From IMG/VR virus record IMGVR_UViG_3300032024_000071, positions 1 through 25,955 of that record: a stretch of 25,955 nt of DNA, one strand, 5' to 3'. Numbering within the stretch: position 1 is the stretch's first letter; every line of letters begins with the position of its first letter. A model generated the notes under the pieces. That model had not been told where the DNA came from. It did no database searches and saw only the letters and a program-made list of their open reading frames with translations. Positions 22,737 to 25,955 of this stretch are shown here, piece by piece. Origin of the DNA: a virus. Taxonomy: Duplodnaviria > Caudoviricetes. The translations under genes were made by a program, and so were the position numbers.

Positions 22737-25421
22737 ATGACCCAGCGCTCTTACATTCAAGATATTTTAGATAAACGTAAGGCCAAGCTTAGTGACCTTA
22801 GGGAAAACGATAACGATGCGTACACCCAAGAGCTCCTTGAGAGCTTGGATAGGAACCTAGCTAAGATAGGCAAAACTCTTGAGTCCTCTACATCTAAGGT
22901 AGCCTTAAAGCCTGGACGTAAATCTCCTGAGCAGCTAGTTCAAGAGAAACTTCTAGGAATAGCAAAGACTACCCAGGTTAGACAGGACCTAGACCGAGCA
23001 TCCAATAAGGTAAAGGTTACGGCCGATGCTAGGGCCGCATCCGATACTTCAGACCATCTATCTCAATTAAAGACCACGCTCCAAATAGCGGGGATTAGGT
23101 CACAGAAGCAGCTGGACTCTATAATAGTCCAGCTAAAGAAGCTTAATAAGAAAGGCGGTTCAGGCAGTGAAGACAAAAGTCTTATAGAGACTGCCTGGGA
23201 TAAGCTCACTGGTGGTAAGGACGACGAACATCGGTCAAGGAGTAGACGAGGTAGGAATGGTAGAGGTAGTGTACGCCCACCTAGACCTAGCGTACGTGAA
23301 GGAGGTTCTCCTAGATTACGGTCACCGTCTAGGCTTTCAGGAACTAACCTACCGGAGGTCCGCCCTTCTGCAGGCCGCAGTGTCTTTGCTACAGCTAGAG
23401 ATAAATTAGGTAGTGTTGTTTCTAGCGGTCGAGAACGTATAGGTGGAGCGATAGACGGGGCAGCAGGGGCAGCCCGGTCAGTATCGCCTGGTCTCACCTC
23501 AATGGCAGAGAGCATACCTTTAGGCAAAATTGGTTCAGGAATGGCCTTGGCCGAAGGTGTATATAATGTAGGGTCAGAGCTCCTGTCAGATAGACCTACG
23601 GATGAGAAGGTCTCGAATATTGCCAGTGCGGGTATTGAGGCAGGTAAGGGCTGGGCAGGAGCAGAAGCAGGTGCCGCAGCAGGGGCGACCTTAGGATCTA
23701 TTGTAGGACCAGTAGGAACTGCTGTAGGTGGGGCGGCCGGAGGTATACTCGGTGGAATTTACGGACCTGAGGCTATCGACGCTGTGGTAGGTAGCCTCAA
23801 ACAGTCCGTAGCAGATTCAGGAATGGGTGACACTATAGGTAGGGCTGTTGCAATCCCTATGAGTCTTATAAGCGATGATGCTAGATCTGCCCTGGTTCAC
23901 GATTTTAAAACAAAGATCATACCCGCACTTAGCCAACCCTTTAATTCTGTAGAGTCTACTCTTGAAGGTTGGGGTACTGACACTGATCACCTGGTCAATA
24001 AGATGGGTGACTATACAGATGCCCTAGAAGCGGGAGGTAAAACAATATTCCAGGCAGCTACCTCAGGAAGTAAGGATCTTATAGAAGGATTACTATCTGC
24101 AGGGAAGACCCTCTTTGGAGGCGCTAAAGACGCAGTAGGAAAGATAGCTAAAGGTTATAACGAAGGCGGTATCTCAGGTGCTGTAGGTGCAGCGGATTCC
24201 GCTGCTTCCGGAATGAGAGAGAGTGCGACCTCTGCTGGACAGACTGTAGGGTCAGCTGGCTCAAAGGCGGCTAGCCGAGTAGCCGAGGGCGTAGACAGTG
24301 CAGGCCATGACCTAAAGTACGCGTCCGATAAAGGTAGTGCAAGTGCCTTAGAGCTGGCTATGGGGTTCTCTGCCGATAAAGGCTTTAAGGGAATGTCTGA
24401 TTCACAGTCAAAGGCCTATGCCGGTAACGTGATGAAGACTGAAAGTGGAGGTAAACTGGGTATAGAGAACCAGTATGGATTTGCAGGCCAGTATCAGTTT
24501 GGGGCAGACGCTTTAGCTGATAATGGACTTATAAACAAGGACAAGTTGTCTGTAGCCAAGAAGCTTGCAGGCGACCAGTGGTACAAGGGAGGTAAACATA
24601 AGGAATTCATGGCCGACAACTCTAACTGGACTAATGAGGGAGGTAGGGACGCGTTCTTAAAAGATAAGAAGTTGCAGGACAACACGTTTGTAAAGTATAC
24701 AGATAAGAACATTGCAGCCGGGTACAAGAGTGGAGCACTCTCAGAGTCATCTACCCCTGAAGATATTGCAGGGTATGCTAAAGCAGCCCATCTAAAAGGA
24801 TCTGGAGGTGCTAATAAGTTCTTCTTAGAAGGAAAAGATTCGGCAGACGCTAATGGTATGAGGGTAAGTACATACGCTAAAGGTGCCTCTGATTCCATGA
24901 ACATGCTTTCGACTAAGGTAGACGATGAGAAATCAAAGGGAGCCTTAGGAAGCGAAGGTAAGCCAGTAGGTTCCATAGTACCTACTACAGGGGCATCGGT
25001 GGCCGTAGCAACAGGTCCTGCACAGGCACCACCTACTACAACCGCTAAGTTAGGTCTTGTCTCAGAGTCAGGTCAAGAGCAGAGTTTGGCCCAAATGTCG
25101 GCAGCGTCGACCTCAAAACTACCTACGGCCAAGGCAACCCAATCACCTGTAGTGACCGCCTCTAGGGACCAACCTTCGGCCGAGCTACCTGTAGCGACAG
25201 CAAAGGCAACCCCATTGTCTATGGCGAGTGCAGGTCTTCCTCCTGAGGTACAAAACGTTAATGTAACAAACCCTGCACCTGCTCAAGACCAACAGAGTTC
25301 CGGAGGAAGACCTGCAGGTAATTCACAGATTGCCTCGTCTAGTGCCTCGATAGAGCTGGGTGACATACCTGTAAGGATAGACGATTTTGGACTCGTCTTA
25401 ATTAATATGGGCCACGGTTAG
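22737..25421 (+). CDS. Tape-measure-like tail protein with lysozyme-like (lytic transglycosylase) domain
   Basis: 894 aa: N-terminal coiled coil, Gly/Ala-rich helical region, then KTESGG...FAGQYQFG...QD..F..YT...AAHLKGSGG...DANG (about 24425-24880). Follows the chaperone gene. Confidence 0.8.
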   Translation: MTQRSYIQDILDKRKAKLSDLRENDNDAYTQELLESLDRNLAKIGKTLESSTSKVALKPGRKSPEQLVQEKLLGIAKTTQVRQDLDRASNKVKVTADARAASDTSDHLSQLKTTLQIAGIRSQKQLDSIIVQLKKLNKKGGSGSEDKSLIETAWDKLTGGKDDEHRSRSRRGRNGRGSVRPPRPSVREGGSPRLRSPSRLSGTNLPEVRPSAGRSVFATARDKLGSVVSSGRERIGGAIDGAAGAARSVSPGLTSMAESIPLGKIGSGMALAEGVYNVGSELLSDRPTDEKVSNIASAGIEAGKGWAGAEAGAAAGATLGSIVGPVGTAVGGAAGGILGGIYGPEAIDAVVGSLKQSVADSGMGDTIGRAVAIPMSLISDDARSALVHDFKTKIIPALSQPFNSVESTLEGWGTDTDHLVNKMGDYTDALEAGGKTIFQAATSGSKDLIEGLLSAGKTLFGGAKDAVGKIAKGYNEGGISGAVGAADSAASGMRESATSAGQTVGSAGSKAASRVAEGVDSAGHDLKYASDKGSASALELAMGFSADKGFKGMSDSQSKAYAGNVMKTESGGKLGIENQYGFAGQYQFGADALADNGLINKDKLSVAKKLAGDQWYKGGKHKEFMADNSNWTNEGGRDAFLKDKKLQDNTFVKYTDKNIAAGYKSGALSESSTPEDIAGYAKAAHLKGSGGANKFFLEGKDSADANGMRVSTYAKGASDSMNMLSTKVDDEKSKGALGSEGKPVGSIVPTTGASVAVATGPAQAPPTTTAKLGLVSESGQEQSLAQMSAASTSKLPTAKATQSPVVTASRDQPSAELPVATAKATPLSMASAGLPPEVQNVNVTNPAPAQDQQSSGGRPAGNSQIASSSASIELGDIPVRIDDFGLVLINMGHG

Positions 25422-25451
25422 GTCGTCGAGATTGAGATATTCTATACATTG

Positions 25452-25466
25452 TAATTTATAGGTATA
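25452..25466 (+). promoter_or_regulatory. TAATTT-N-TAG motif copy 3 (TAATTTATAGGTATA)
   Basis: Intergenic after the tape measure; 14/15 identical to the pre-sheath copy. Confidence 0.55.
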
Positions 25467-25543
25467 ACGAGAGGAAAAGGCCGGCCAGCCCTGTTGTTCC
25501 GTGAGAACTTCTACTTTCGTTATATCCCTTAACTCTCACGGAG
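25461..25543 (+). promoter_or_regulatory. Structured 5' leader (two interleaved helices) of the GIY-YIG gene
   Basis: 25461-25473 pairs with 25514-25526 (13 bp, 2 G-U). TCCGTGAGA (25498-25506) pairs perfectly with TCTCACGGA (25534-25542), which covers the GGAG SD. Confidence 0.55.
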
Positions 25544-25552
25544 TATCTCACA

Positions 25553-25955
25553 ATGTCCAACACAATTTCGCCTAATTCCCCTATTTTCTACGTATATGCC
25601 TTAATGGATGGACGTAAGCCAGGACCCTATTACTACGGTAACTGGAAATTTGATTACGAACCTTTTATATAGGTAAAGGTAAGAATACTAGGTGGAAGAC
25701 GCACTTTATAGAGTCAAAACAGCGTACCTTAGAGAAGTGCGTAAACCAACACAAGACCCGGAAAATGAGACAGATTCAAAAGCAGGGGTACGAGGTTCCT
25801 GTACGTATAGTAAGATACAAATTAGTAGAGCAGGCGGCCTTCGATCTTGAAATAAAGCTGATTGGTAAGATCGGAAGAGCTGATCTTAAGTTAGGGCCAC
25901 TCACCAATAAGACAGTAGGTGGTGACGGTATGGTAGGTCAGGTAGTTTCTAAGAA
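25553..25955 (+). pseudogene. GIY-YIG (LEM-3-like) homing endonuclease, frameshifted at 25663-25666; 3'-partial
   Basis: MSNTISPNSPIFYVYALMDGRKPG...EPF stops at TAG 25670-25672. The -1 frame continues YIGKGKNTRWKTH...AFDLEIKLIGKIGRADLKLGPLTNKTVGGDG to the window end. Confidence 0.8.

Noticed and set aside
23212-23409. Alternative + frame ORF inside the tape measure gene
   Set aside because: Nested in an Arg/Ser-rich low-complexity stretch and without independent support.
23640-23770. Repetitive GCAGG/GTAGG-rich DNA
   Set aside because: It is the codon signature of a Gly/Ala zipper typical of tape-measure proteins, not a DNA-level array.
221-24976. All minus-strand ORFs in the track (e.g. 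10689-11030, 12914-13294, 22515-22760, 23063-23527, 24494-24976)
   Set aside because: They shadow longer + strand genes with recognisable motifs, lack convincing SDs, and read as antisense by-products. 22515-22760 overlaps the -1 chaperone extension.
1-25955. CRISPR array, tRNA, rRNA, integrase or IS element
   Set aside because: No regularly spaced repeats, cloverleafs or recombinase/transposase motifs were seen by eye; the intergenic gaps are short and otherwise explained.

Overview
Co-oriented (+ strand), gene-dense segment of a large or jumbo contractile-tailed (myovirus) phage genome. Family resemblance of the capsid-like and tail proteins suggests the RSL1/Lu11/PaBG/Y3-like jumbo myoviruses; this is recalled, not searched. 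The left block (1-16.5 kb) is non-structural: a Zn-ribbon/PD-(D/E)XK endonuclease with a Mom-like GNAT tail, many small accessory genes, a DUF488 protein, a RavA/MoxR AAA+ ATPase with a HEXXH-VWA partner, and a tandem winged-helix protein. It is punctuated by eight copies of a promoter-like motif, ACTGTAAA. After a palindromic terminator (16494-16518) the right block is a tail module with a different motif (TAATTT-N-TAG). It encodes the tail sheath, two tube-like proteins, a tail assembly chaperone with a -1 slippery site, a tape-measure/lysozyme protein and a frameshifted GIY-YIG endonuclease behind a structured leader. The most striking feature is an accessory operon at 3044-5115. It encodes a Phd/YefM antitoxin fused to a copy of the tail-sheath C-terminal domain, an Rmf/CrpP-like peptide, and a truncated major-capsid-protein paralog. 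This is a candidate 'virion-protein decoy' anti-defence system. Several genes carry in-frame stops or frameshifts. All family calls come from motif recognition by eye; no searches were run.
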